Shown here: in pieces, positions 1 through 7,800 of the stretch
How the letters are laid out: each line of letters begins with the position of its first letter
Numbering within the stretch: position 1 is the first letter of the stretch
DNA from: Treponema sp.
GTDB taxonomy: Bacteria > Spirochaetota > Spirochaetia > Treponematales > Treponemataceae
Assembly (NCBI GenBank): GCA_017446265.1
Contig: JAFSRD010000037.1
Location: forward strand, 263-64,262
Length of the DNA: 64,000 nt
Reading direction: 5' to 3'
Notes under the pieces: model-generated
Databases searched by the model: none
What the model saw: only the letters and a program-made list of their open reading frames with translations
What the model was told of the DNA's origin: nothing
Position numbers and translations under genes: made by a program

Positions 1-675
1 TGGAATGTCATAAAGCTCGCCAAAATCATTCCATATCTTTTTTGATGCGGAAAGAAAATCGTGAGGTAATTTTTTCTCGATATATTTTTTGTACGTATCT
101 TGGACGCGTTTATCCACTACACAGCAATACTCTCCTGGTATATTGTATATTCTTTGACATTTTAATTCCCGTAAAATTAGTGGTATTTTTATTCTCATTC
201 TTTTTCCTTTTATTCCTAATCCTACTATCGATCTAATGTAAGCAATAAAAGAATTCCAATCATTATTTCCTTTTGCATAATCCAGTTTTTGTTTTATACT
301 GTTCCAGTTCTGTGATAAAACCTGCACACTATGAAATAAATCTGAGCGAAATGATACTTCTTCTCGTGGCTTTATTCCGCTGACTTTACTTAAAATATTT
401 TTTGTTGCTTCTTCTCGTTTTTCAATTTCGGCTTTTATGAAATTATTATCTAGCCAAGTTTTTATTTGCCAATCATTTTCTTGTTTTAAATATGTGGTGA
501 AAAATACTGCATTCTCCCATTTTGCTGATCGTGACCATGCAGATGCTATTACAAAAAGCAAAAATAAATCTCGTTCAGTGTGTAAATCTAGTTTTACAAT
601 TGCTCCTGTTTTATTGACTTTTAAATTAAAATCTGAAACCCAGCCATTGTATTTGTTGTTAGAAGATATTTTCAA
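1..675 (-). CDS. hypothetical protein, 3' end runs off the left window edge; possible HhH-GPD-like (DNA-glycosylase fold)
   Basis: Reverse-strand frame is open from nt 747 to nt 1 (checked triplet by triplet; in-frame stop at 748-750). It is absent from the ORF track because it has no stop inside the window. There is no ATG near the 5' end; the first usable start is TTG at 675. The C-terminal part reads ...PLILRELKCQRIYNIPGEYCCVVDKRVQDTYKKYI..., which resembles the HhH / 'VD-x-x-V' segment of HhH-GPD enzymes (weak, by eye). Confidence 0.45.
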   Translation of the reverse strand, partial: MKISSNNKYNGWVSDFNLKVNKTGAIVKLDLHTERDLFLLFVIASAWSRSAKWENAVFFTTYLKQENDWQIKTWLDNNFIKAEIEKREEATKNILSKVSGIKPREEVSFRSDLFHSVQVLSQNWNSIKQKLDYAKGNNDWNSFIAYIRSIVGLGIKGKRMRIKIPLILRELKCQRIYNIPGEYCCVVDKRVQDTYKKYIEKKLPHDFLSASKKIWNDFGELYDIP

Positions 676-773
676 GTATGGAAACTTTTTATCATTTTTG
701 TACTTGAGTGATAAAGCTATTAAGGGAACTTCTAAAAACCTCAGTTTTTAGAAGTAACTCTGAAAATGCGATG

Positions 774-803
774 TTTTTCGCCTTGCAATTTCAAGGCGAA
801 AAA
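774..803. repeat. perfect 12-bp inverted repeat (tttttcgccttg / caaggcgaaaaa, 6-nt spacer)
   Basis: Read directly from the sequence. It lies just upstream of the reverse-strand ORF. The T-run precedes the stem and the A-run follows it on both strands, so it is not a canonical terminator. Confidence 0.6.
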
Positions 804-1097
804 CTCGTCGGCACCCAAAACAAAAATTAATTTTTTAGTTTTTAGAGGTGCCTTTAACTTTTGTATTTTTTGTTTTTGCTCTAGGGTACTCAATTATGAT
901 AACTCCATTTTTTAGTAGGTATTTTATTAAAACTCTAATGCAATAATCCAAAAAATCAATTGAAAATTCTTTATTCGTATGGAATGTTTAATACATCACT
1001 TCGTGATACGAACTATAAGGAAATTATTTGATTCATCGCTTTTGTGCTAGCAAATACCCTGATGCTTTGCGGCGGGGGGGCGATTATTTTATACTCC

Positions 1098-1163
1098 TCG
1101 AAAAATTTTTCTGTGCTACAGTAGCACAGAGATTTGGCTCTTGACAGAGCCAAATCTAAAAAG
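1098..1163 (+). repeat. copy A of a ~66-bp double-palindrome element (palindrome 1 at 1111-1129, palindrome 2 at 1130-1157)
   Basis: Near-identical to 3967-4033. It contains ctgtgctac-a-gtagcacag and agatttggctc-ttgaca-gagccaaatct, and ends 51 nt before the GTG start at 1215. Confidence 0.85.
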
Positions 1164-1214
1164 TGTTCGTTGAGCACAAATGAAAAATTTATCACAAACT
1201 ACGGAGGTTCGAAT

Positions 1215-1541
1215 GTGAAAAAATTAAGTTTAATTTTGGTGTTGTTATCTACATTTTTGACAGGTGCTATTGCGGATGTATTCCCAGGTGGAGAAAAAGC
1301 CTGTGATGAATTCTGGACAAAAGGGAAAATTTTCAAATATATAAAAAATAAGGACAATATACTTTATACACCAATAGAGCGTATTTTTGGTATCGATATA
1401 GATGAGGATGATATTAAAATTGGTGTACAAGCAATTCATCCGAGAACAGGTTTGTGGATTAGGGAAGTGCATACTTTTAAGGCAAAAGACTACAAAGTTT
1501 ACAATGATGCATATGGAAATCTTGTTATAGAAAAGCGATAG
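1215..1541 (+). CDS. small secreted hypothetical protein
   Basis: GTG start 7 nt after GGAGG (1203-1207). N-terminus VKKLSLILVLLSTFLTGAIA|DV looks like a type I signal peptide. The upstream part of track ORF 1134.. reads through the repeat element and is discarded. Confidence 0.6.
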   Translation: MKKLSLILVLLSTFLTGAIADVFPGGEKACDEFWTKGKIFKYIKNKDNILYTPIERIFGIDIDEDDIKIGVQAIHPRTGLWIREVHTFKAKDYKVYNDAYGNLVIEKR

Positions 1542-1556
1542 CTTGGAGATGTCTTT

Positions 1557-2027
1557 ATGAAGAAAAACTTTGTATATTTTTCGATAATTTTTTTATTTTT
1601 AATGTCGCATATGTTTTCTCAAAGTGCGTCAATCGAAAGACAAGTAAATTTATCATATCAAATTATAAGAATATCTGAAAAGGCAGATGAGAGGGTTGTA
1701 ATTATAAACAACAGTGGCAGACCTGATGCGTTTCAAATTTATATTCACTTGGAAGAATATGGTTATGCTGCAAACAAAAATCCATTTGCTTCTGCAGAAA
1801 AAATTATGGAAGATGAAAATTGGCGTTTTATTTGTACTACTCCAGAACTATATGATGGGGGAATGCATAAAACTGCTGAAACTGATAATACGAGTGTGGT
1901 ATATGCAGCAGATTATATTGCAATTCGCTCTAAGTCAGGGGAAAAATATTCTTTCAAATTTGAAACTAAATCTGACGACCTTTATATAACCGTGCTTCCT
2001 TATGATGAATCTAATTCTGATTGGTGA
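1557..2027 (+). CDS. secreted hypothetical protein
   Basis: 156-aa ORF starting 15 nt after the previous stop (operon-like). N-terminus MKKNFVYFSIIFLFLMSHMFSQSAS resembles a signal peptide. No recognisable domain. Confidence 0.6.
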   Translation: MKKNFVYFSIIFLFLMSHMFSQSASIERQVNLSYQIIRISEKADERVVIINNSGRPDAFQIYIHLEEYGYAANKNPFASAEKIMEDENWRFICTTPELYDGGMHKTAETDNTSVVYAADYIAIRSKSGEKYSFKFETKSDDLYITVLPYDESNSDW

Positions 2028-2063
2028 TTTAGTTAGTAAATAATTTATCTTATTACTGATTTT

Positions 2064-2105
2064 TTCCAGTGTACACTGGAAGTGGTGTGCTGTCAAGCAC
2101 ACCAC
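2064..2105 (+). repeat. two adjacent hairpins/palindromes (2064-2081 ttccagtg-ta-cactggaa; 2082-2105 gtggtgtgct-gtca-agcacaccac)
   Basis: Read directly. The second palindrome contains TGTGCT-gtca-AGCACA, the same half-sites as palindrome 1 of the 66-bp element. It ends 45 nt before the ATG at 2151. Confidence 0.6.
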
Positions 2106-2150
2106 TTAAAAGATTGTTCGGTGATTGTTGAAGTACGGAGGATGAGAGGA

Positions 2151-2843
2151 ATGGGTCTGGAAATTGATTTTAAGAATGAATTAGAAAACGCGATAAAGAA
2201 TTATAGTTTTCCTGCTGTTGTCTATGACTTTGAATGTAAAAGAGAAATTAATGCTAACAGCATGCTGGAAGTTGAGAGTTATATAAAATCAAAATTGACT
2301 TCAAATATGATACAAGAAGTGAAAGATGGGCTGTCAAATGTTTTGTATTGGGGATATGCGAATATTGGATATGGATGTAAACGAATTGATAATTTTAGAA
2401 ACAATGTTTTAGACAAACAAATTGAAGATTTCAAAAGATTAAATAATAATAATAATATTGATTTAATAAAAGTTAAAAATTTGAATATGCCTGAATACTC
2501 TGGTGTTTCATTTATTTCAAAGATAATGATGTTCCTTGATCCAAATAACTATTGCGTGTTAGATAAGCAGATTGCAAAAATTTCTATTTGTACAAAAGTA
2601 GGGGCATTAGGTAAATTAAAATATAAGGGAGAAACACAGGTAAGAGTTACACGAGAAAATCAAGATGCTTACGAAAAATGGTGTGAAGAATGTAAATTAA
2701 TATCTAAAGATATTTTTAAAAATAAATATAGGGCAGTAGATATTGAGAGAGGTTTCTTTGTACTTGTTCAAAAGGATTCTTGTTTAGCAAAAGAAATATA
2801 TGAAAATATTGTAATTCATCTTCAAAGAGACATGGTGAAATGA
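2151..2843 (+). CDS. hypothetical protein, HhH-GPD / OGG-fold-like
   Basis: ATG at 2151 lies 9 nt after GGAGG (2137-2141); the ATG at 2142 is too close to that SD. The segment GVSFISKIMMFLDPNNYCVLDKQIAK resembles the helix-hairpin-helix plus conserved Asp of HhH-GPD glycosylases (by eye). Confidence 0.55.
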   Translation: MGLEIDFKNELENAIKNYSFPAVVYDFECKREINANSMLEVESYIKSKLTSNMIQEVKDGLSNVLYWGYANIGYGCKRIDNFRNNVLDKQIEDFKRLNNNNNIDLIKVKNLNMPEYSGVSFISKIMMFLDPNNYCVLDKQIAKISICTKVGALGKLKYKGETQVRVTRENQDAYEKWCEECKLISKDIFKNKYRAVDIERGFFVLVQKDSCLAKEIYENIVIHLQRDMVK

Positions 2844-2908
2844 AAATCAGTGTTGTTTTGTGATACAAAACTGCAATAGTACATGGGAAAAGAATTGAGG
2901 TATTTAAA

Positions 2909-3625
2909 ATGGGTTTGGCAAAATATTACGAGCAGTTAAAGGAGTTCAAGAACAATAACGGAACTCAAGAACAACATTGTTTTAATCATAGGACAAAATT
3001 GGATAATAAACAAGTTTCTGAAGATTCAATAAAAAACGTAAAAGAATTTTTATTAATGTTTGATTCTCCATGTGAGGTGACTGCTTTTTTAAATCAATTC
3101 TCTTTATCAGAAATAGCAGAGTGTGAGAATTTGGGCGATAGTATTCTTACTGCACTATTAAAGAAACACATAAAATTTAATAATGTAAAATCAATAATCG
3201 AAATGATTGTATTTTTTTTAGCTTGTGGAGCTAGTATTGATGAAACAGATAATGTTGGAGATAACGCTATAGATGTTTTTTCTGAATATAATGAAATACT
3301 CGACTATTTTCTTAATACATATTGTGAGGAAGATAATGAGATATCCACTAAAATATTTAATGCAATTTTATATCATTATTTAACAAAAAAATTAAGAACT
3401 GACTTAATGTTAACAAAAATAAAAAAGAAAAAAAGACCAAATCGTCATGTATTAGAGCTTATGTTAGAATCTCTTGATTTTGATAACTTGGATAAATCAT
3501 TACTTGATAAAATTATTCTAGATGATGAACTGCAAGACTGTATCAAGCAATGTATAGAGACGCAAGTAAGACAAGGCGAGCCACAAAAAGCAAAGTCATT
3601 GTATGATTTTTTTTACTCAAAATAG
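2909..3625 (+). CDS. ankyrin-repeat-like hypothetical protein
   Basis: 238-aa ORF. GDSILTALLKKH...IEMIVFFLACGASIDETDNVGDNAIDV fits the ankyrin repeat pattern. AT-rich codon usage like its neighbours. Confidence 0.65.
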   Translation: MGLAKYYEQLKEFKNNNGTQEQHCFNHRTKLDNKQVSEDSIKNVKEFLLMFDSPCEVTAFLNQFSLSEIAECENLGDSILTALLKKHIKFNNVKSIIEMIVFFLACGASIDETDNVGDNAIDVFSEYNEILDYFLNTYCEEDNEISTKIFNAILYHYLTKKLRTDLMLTKIKKKKRPNRHVLELMLESLDFDNLDKSLLDKIILDDELQDCIKQCIETQVRQGEPQKAKSLYDFFYSK

Positions 3626-3642
3626 CATAAGGAGACATTCAA

Positions 3643-3944
3643 ATGCAAAAACCAAGTGAAATAATCAAGCAGAAATTAGAAAAAGCAGGTGGCAAAGCGT
3701 ACTGTCCTATGCTAAAAGGTATAAGGGAGATGGAGCAGCACAGAGTGGGAAGTTGATAGGTTCGGAAGAATTTCCAGAGAATACGATTGATGCGTTTATC
3801 GCTGTTGAGTTTTACGGTGCTTCTGTGGGTGGCACTACAACAAGACGCTCTACATATTATGCTGCAATTTTAGATTGGGCAGGAATTTGCACAAATAATA
3901 AATCAGCTAGAGATGGAAAAGGTGGATTTATAAAATTGCTATGA
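3643..3944 (+). pseudogene. small ORF apparently split by a frameshift (3643-3756 and, in the -1 frame, 3660/3753-3944)
   Basis: ATG at 3643 has a strong SD (AAGGAG, 3629-3634), but the frame stops at 3754-3756. The -1 frame is open from 3660 and continues to 3944 with no ATG start. The switch is likely near the A-run at 3714-3717. Confidence 0.35.
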
Positions 3945-3966
3945 TAGGAGATGCTTGTTTTTCTTA

Positions 3967-4033
3967 TCGAAAAATTTTTCTGTGCTACTGTAGCACAGAG
4001 ATTTGGCTCATGACAGAGCCAAATCTAATAAAG
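3967..4033 (+). repeat. copy C of the ~66-bp double-palindrome element (palindrome 1 at 3980-3998, palindrome 2 at 3999-4026)
   Basis: Differs from copy A only at the centre nucleotide of palindrome 1 (a->t), the first loop nucleotide of palindrome 2 (t->a) and a 1-nt indel in the 3' tail. All stem positions are identical. Confidence 0.85.
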
Positions 4034-4065
4034 ATTTCATGGAAAGAGGTAAGGAGGAAAAGTCT

Positions 4066-4356
4066 ATGTCACATCCAAGTGGTGGTATGGGTAATACTTT
4101 TAGAACGGAACATTCATTTTCTGAAGCTTATATTCATGTTGGTACAGGAATTACATTTAGATCAACTACAGGAGAAAAAATAACCGCAACACAAGGACTT
4201 GCAGGTGATGGGATGACGAAAACAATAGTATTTGTTGGCGAAAGATCAGAACATGGCCATGTATGTGAAGTTTGTTGGGGATATCGTTGTAATTGCAGTG
4301 GAACGCGAATTGGGCACTGTGTTGAAGGCTTGGATGCAAACATAAAGGACCTCTAA
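4066..4356 (+). CDS. small Cys/His-rich hypothetical protein
   Basis: ATG 8 nt after AAGGAGG (4051-4057). The C-terminus HGHVCEVCWGYRCNCSGTRIGHC suggests a metal-binding knot. No signal peptide. Confidence 0.6.
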   Translation: MSHPSGGMGNTFRTEHSFSEAYIHVGTGITFRSTTGEKITATQGLAGDGMTKTIVFVGERSEHGHVCEVCWGYRCNCSGTRIGHCVEGLDANIKDL

Positions 4357-4551
4357 AAATTTAAATGTTTCCAGAGTTGCCGACTGTTGGTTAATGGGCG
4401 TAGGCGAATCGCCCACTGTGATAACATTAAATTTATTTGCCATTGATATCAAGGAGCAAAAAAGTATCACTTTGGTTCAAAAGATATGAGTCTTAATACT
4501 GTAATATAATACGCTCACAGATTCGTATGAGTCAGTGAGAAGGAGTTAGAA

Positions 4552-5643
4552 ATGTTTGACAAAGAAGTAAATTTAAACTTTATGCAGCAAGCAGAAAAGA
4601 GTCAGTATGACAAGCACATTGAAGCAATTGGAAAGCAACTTCATTATTGTAGGTCATGCTTAACAAAACAATGTTCTATGTGTCCTGCTCATAGACGAAT
4701 GGAGGATAGTCTAAAACAAATTTATGAAGAGTTCGGTGAGAAGGCTTTAGACGATGCTTTGGAAGCAGTTAAAAAACACACCGAGTATTATGAAAGTGAA
4801 CGAGGAACGCAAATATCTTATCTTCATAATATACTGGATTCTTTTAAAGACGAGGTGATTTCTTCTTCTAGCCATACAACTACTAATCCAGTTACAGGTA
4901 CTTTGCTATGTGGAAATTGCAAAAAAGAACTTAAAAAAACTGACGAAATTTGCCCAAACTGTGGCACAAAAAATAGCGAATATAAAGAAAATATAAACGA
5001 TGCACCAAAAAGCAAGAAAACACGCAAACGGAAAATAAAAAAACGATATATCGTTTTGGCTGTGTTTTTCTCTATAATGCCGATATTTGATGGCGGAAAT
5101 CTATGGCAAGAACTATATTATACAATATGGGAAAAACCAAGAGAGGAAGCTGAACGGGAACGAAGTGAACGAAGGATAATACGATCCTGCCAACAGTCTC
5201 AAAATTTGGCAGACTCGTTAGTTAGTCGATTAAATCATTATTCATCATACCAGTATACAGGTTATGCAGTAGCACAATTTATTGAAAATATCAAACCACA
5301 AGATGCCTCTCACGATGAAAAATCTAGTGAAAAGACAATAGGTGGCATTACAACTGAAATTTTCTCTAGTAGGTCAGACTTTTTGCACTACTTGCGTTAT
5401 AGTCAGAATTGGCTTGAAAATCCAAAATATAGATATGCAGGAGATGTAGAAGCTCTTACTAACAAAGAGTCTTTCTTGCTATGGAAAGCGATAAGAGAGT
5501 TTAGAAATCACTATGAGGAAGGGGATGTATTTATAGTCGCCATTCAGCAAGGTGCGAGCTCTATATTATTTTTAGAGAATGTTACAATACAAAAAGATGG
5601 TAGTGCGAGATTTAACGGACAATATTACACTATGGATTTTTAA
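4552..5643 (+). CDS. zinc-ribbon membrane protein, hypothetical
   Basis: SD GAAGGAG upstream. CxxC pairs (CRSC...CSMC; CGNC...CPNC), a basic stretch, then one hydrophobic helix (YIVLAVFFSIMPIF) and a ~180-aa C-terminal domain of unknown function. Confidence 0.7.
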   Translation: MFDKEVNLNFMQQAEKSQYDKHIEAIGKQLHYCRSCLTKQCSMCPAHRRMEDSLKQIYEEFGEKALDDALEAVKKHTEYYESERGTQISYLHNILDSFKDEVISSSSHTTTNPVTGTLLCGNCKKELKKTDEICPNCGTKNSEYKENINDAPKSKKTRKRKIKKRYIVLAVFFSIMPIFDGGNLWQELYYTIWEKPREEAERERSERRIIRSCQQSQNLADSLVSRLNHYSSYQYTGYAVAQFIENIKPQDASHDEKSSEKTIGGITTEIFSSRSDFLHYLRYSQNWLENPKYRYAGDVEALTNKESFLLWKAIREFRNHYEEGDVFIVAIQQGASSILFLENVTIQKDGSARFNGQYYTMDF

Positions 5644-5713
5644 GTGAAATAAGAGTAGAAAATACATTTGTAGATAATTGAAATTAGGGTAATTTATTTT
5701 ATTAATCCTTATT

Positions 5714-5723
5714 CCCCCCCCCC
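5714..5723. repeat. homopolymeric C10 tract
   Basis: Counted directly (5714-5723). Intergenic position. Confidence 0.9.
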
Positions 5724-5730
5724 ACACAAA

Positions 5731-5820
5731 AAAACAGTGACCTACCCACATACAAGGGCATCTTGCAAAAACTCACTTTCGTGATTTTTTGCAAGATGCC
5801 CACAAGTTAGTCACTGTTTT
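5731..5820. terminator. nested hairpin between convergent genes (inner 16-bp stem 5756-5771/5786-5801; outer 11-bp stem 5731-5741/5810-5820)
   Basis: Both stems are perfect complements. The position between the 4552-5643 (+) gene and the reverse-strand remnant at 5845 is consistent with a bidirectional terminator or insulator, but there is no clean U-tail. Confidence 0.45.
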
Positions 5821-5844
5821 CTAAATTACTTTGTTCAATATTTT

Positions 5845-6691
5845 TTATTTTGTCGATAAATATTCGTCGATAGCTTTTGCTGCCACTTTTCCGGCACCCA
5901 TTGCAGAAATAACGGTTGCAGCACCAGTTACAGCATCTCCACCTGCGTAAACACCTTGTCTTGAAGTTAAGCCGTCTTCATTTACAATTATGCCACCACG
6001 CTTATTAACCTCTAGTCCCTTTATTGTATCTTTAATAAGTGGGTTAGGGGAGGTACCGATAGACATAATTACAGCATCTACATCAAGGTCAAACTCGCTA
6101 CCTTTAATGACAACAGGGCTTCGTCTTCCGCTAGCGTCGGCCTCGCCTAGTTCCATCTTTACGCAACGAATCGCACGAACAAATCCATTTTTTTCGTCTT
6201 TTGGATCGTCTGGATTGTTGTAGCCGAGTATTTCGATAGGATTGCACAAAAGTCTAAAGTCAATGCCTTCTTCTTCTGCATGTTCGACTTCTTCTTTACG
6301 AGCAGGAAGTTCTTCCATTTACGACATTAGTTTCGATAGAGACACCGAGTTCTTTTAAAGTTTGAACTTCTTTTGCGACAATTGATTTAGGCAAGCGAAA
6401 TTCTGGAATTCCGTAAACTAAAACTCCGCCTGCTGTGTGAAGAGCATCGTATATTGTTACGCTGTAACCTTTTTTTGCAAGGGTACAAACACATTCGCAC
6501 TGGCTTTCTTGCGGACAAACTCTACCACAAACAGCAGGAAGCGATGATGTTTGATTTATAATCTGATATGCTTCTTCGAATTTTCCTTCTTTTACTTGCA
6601 TGATAAAGTCTGGAATTCGAATATTTACAGGGCAGCCAGAAACACAAGGACGATTTTTGAAAGAATTAACATATTTGAAAAAAAGAAACAA
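5845..6691 (-). pseudogene. remnant of an NfnB/GltD-like (NADPH-dependent glutamate synthase small-chain-like) oxidoreductase
   Basis: Track ORFs 6296-6691 and 5845-6318 are colinear with the intact 503-aa protein at 44087-45598 (CGRVCPQExQC, YGIPEFRLPK, PARKEEVxHAEEEG, SGRRSPV, GGD..GAATVI.AMG). The remnant lacks roughly the first 80 residues. It has an in-frame deletion that removes the GSGPAG dinucleotide-binding segment. A further ~110 aa is missing, with a frame change near 6320-6335. Confidence 0.8.
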
Positions 6692-6736
6692 ATTTTTTTA
6701 GAAATAACTAATGATGCTATTAATAAAGTTGTAGAA

Positions 6737-7528
6737 ATGCGAAATCTTTTATACCAAAGTATGAAAGCAAAGCAACAAGAAATTCAAGATAAACCGTTTA
6801 GGGCAGGGGAGTTGTCTCATGGCAAACCTGTTGAAGAAGCAGAAAGGAAACGCCAAAATGAATTGGACGAAATATACGGAAAATATTTAACAGAAGTTAG
6901 GTTAGAAATAGAAAAAATATTCGAATCAAACCATGATTTATGCGAAGATATAATCAAAGAATATTCTGAATTTGAAAATAAAGAATATGTAATATCGTCA
7001 CTAGCGAATGAATATGATTTTCGCTATTCAGTGGGCGACTTTGATGCTCTGACTAAGCAATGTCCAGTAACATTTTATTTTCCAAATTTTGAATACAGTG
7101 ATTTTATTTATTATGATAAAATTATAACGACGAAGCAGACCAATGATGAATATCTCGATACTGTTGATTTATATAATTCAATGTTCGCACGGAAGATTCC
7201 GTTTTTAGAATTTGAACTCGTAGTAAAGATTGACTATTGTTTTGGCGAGGCATTTCTAAATTGTAAAAAAATAAATATAAAAAATGTTTCGACTTCTAAA
7301 ATTATACAAGTGATCGATTTAGTTCATGAATCGGGGATAAAGATTATTAGTTCTTCTATTTCAAATTCAGAACAGCAATTAATTGATAAATACTTAATTT
7401 TGCTAACAAATTTATTAAATAGTAGTAGCAATATTTTCGATGTAATAGATTCCGCACAAGCACTATATGTTCTCTCTATTATCTCTATTAGTGAAAAAAA
7501 AATTGCAAAAAAGTTTCCATACAATTAG
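6737..7528 (+). CDS. hypothetical protein, possibly 5'-truncated
   Basis: First ATG after the junction with the reverse-strand remnant. The upstream part of track ORF 6551.. is antisense to the pseudogene. No SD is evident. Charged, coiled-coil-like N-terminus; no recognisable domain. Confidence 0.4.
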   Translation: MRNLLYQSMKAKQQEIQDKPFRAGELSHGKPVEEAERKRQNELDEIYGKYLTEVRLEIEKIFESNHDLCEDIIKEYSEFENKEYVISSLANEYDFRYSVGDFDALTKQCPVTFYFPNFEYSDFIYYDKIITTKQTNDEYLDTVDLYNSMFARKIPFLEFELVVKIDYCFGEAFLNCKKINIKNVSTSKIIQVIDLVHESGIKIISSSISNSEQQLIDKYLILLTNLLNSSSNIFDVIDSAQALYVLSIISISEKKIAKKFPYN

Positions 7529-7551
7529 AGCATGCATTTTTCCCAAAACTT

Positions 7552-7800
7552 ATGTTCGGAAAACGCTGGATAGCCTCATGGTTTTTAGGTGATCAGTCAT
7601 ATATTGAATTTGGAGGTGGTCCAAAAATTGAATTTTCAACTTCTACTAGAATCTCTTCAAGTGCAGATTTAAGAGTAACTTACGGAATAGACTTTTATAA
7701 AGACATCGGCGTATTTACATCAATGAATCTTGAAGCGGGCTTAGAATGGTCTTATTCGACATCCCTAGGATTCAGATTTGGATTAGTGAATGAGTGGTAA
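7552..7800 (+). CDS. short beta-rich hypothetical ORF, possibly a gene fragment
   Basis: 82-aa ORF with alternating-polarity strands that ends in an aromatic residue (..FRFGLVNEW), like the C-terminus of a beta-barrel protein. It overlaps the 3' end of the reverse ORF 7752-8030. Confidence 0.3.
   Translation: MFGKRWIASWFLGDQSYIEFGGGPKIEFSTSTRISSSADLRVTYGIDFYKDIGVFTSMNLEAGLEWSYSTSLGFRFGLVNEW

Noticed and set aside
1130-1157. TTGACA in the loop of palindrome 2 as a -35 box, or TGGCTC...GC as a sigma54 -24/-12 promoter
   Set aside because: No acceptable -10 hexamer follows at 16-18 nt. The loop is ATGACA in the second copy. The GG/GC spacing is one nt off the sigma54 consensus and lacks TTGC.
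1134-1214. N-terminal extensions of track ORFs 1134-1541 and 4003-4356 that translate through the repeated element (MALDRAKSKK.. / MAHDRAKSNK..)
   Set aside because: The downstream starts (GTG 1215, ATG 4066) have proper SD sequences and sensible N-termini. The similarity of the extensions is only a by-product of the DNA repeat.
4357-4437. Imperfect 12-bp outer inverted repeat (aaatttaaatgtt...aacattaaattt) enclosing gggcg...cgccc, considered as a tRNA-like or attC-like structure
   Set aside because: There is no cloverleaf, no T-loop consensus and no conserved recombination cores. It is most simply a terminator-like hairpin after the 4066-4356 gene.
745-5700. Reading the island as an integron cassette array with the hairpins as attC sites (chromosomal integrons are known in some oral treponemes)
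   Set aside because: No intI gene is in the window. The repeated elements are two side-by-side palindromes, not one long imperfect hairpin. I could not find paired RYYYAAC / GTTRRRY cores flanking them. The idea cannot be excluded without the sequence to the left, but this window does not support it.
6551-6736. First 62 codons of track ORF 6551-7528
   Set aside because: This part is antisense to the NfnB-like remnant and is hydrophobic nonsense. The real gene, if any, starts at or after 6737.
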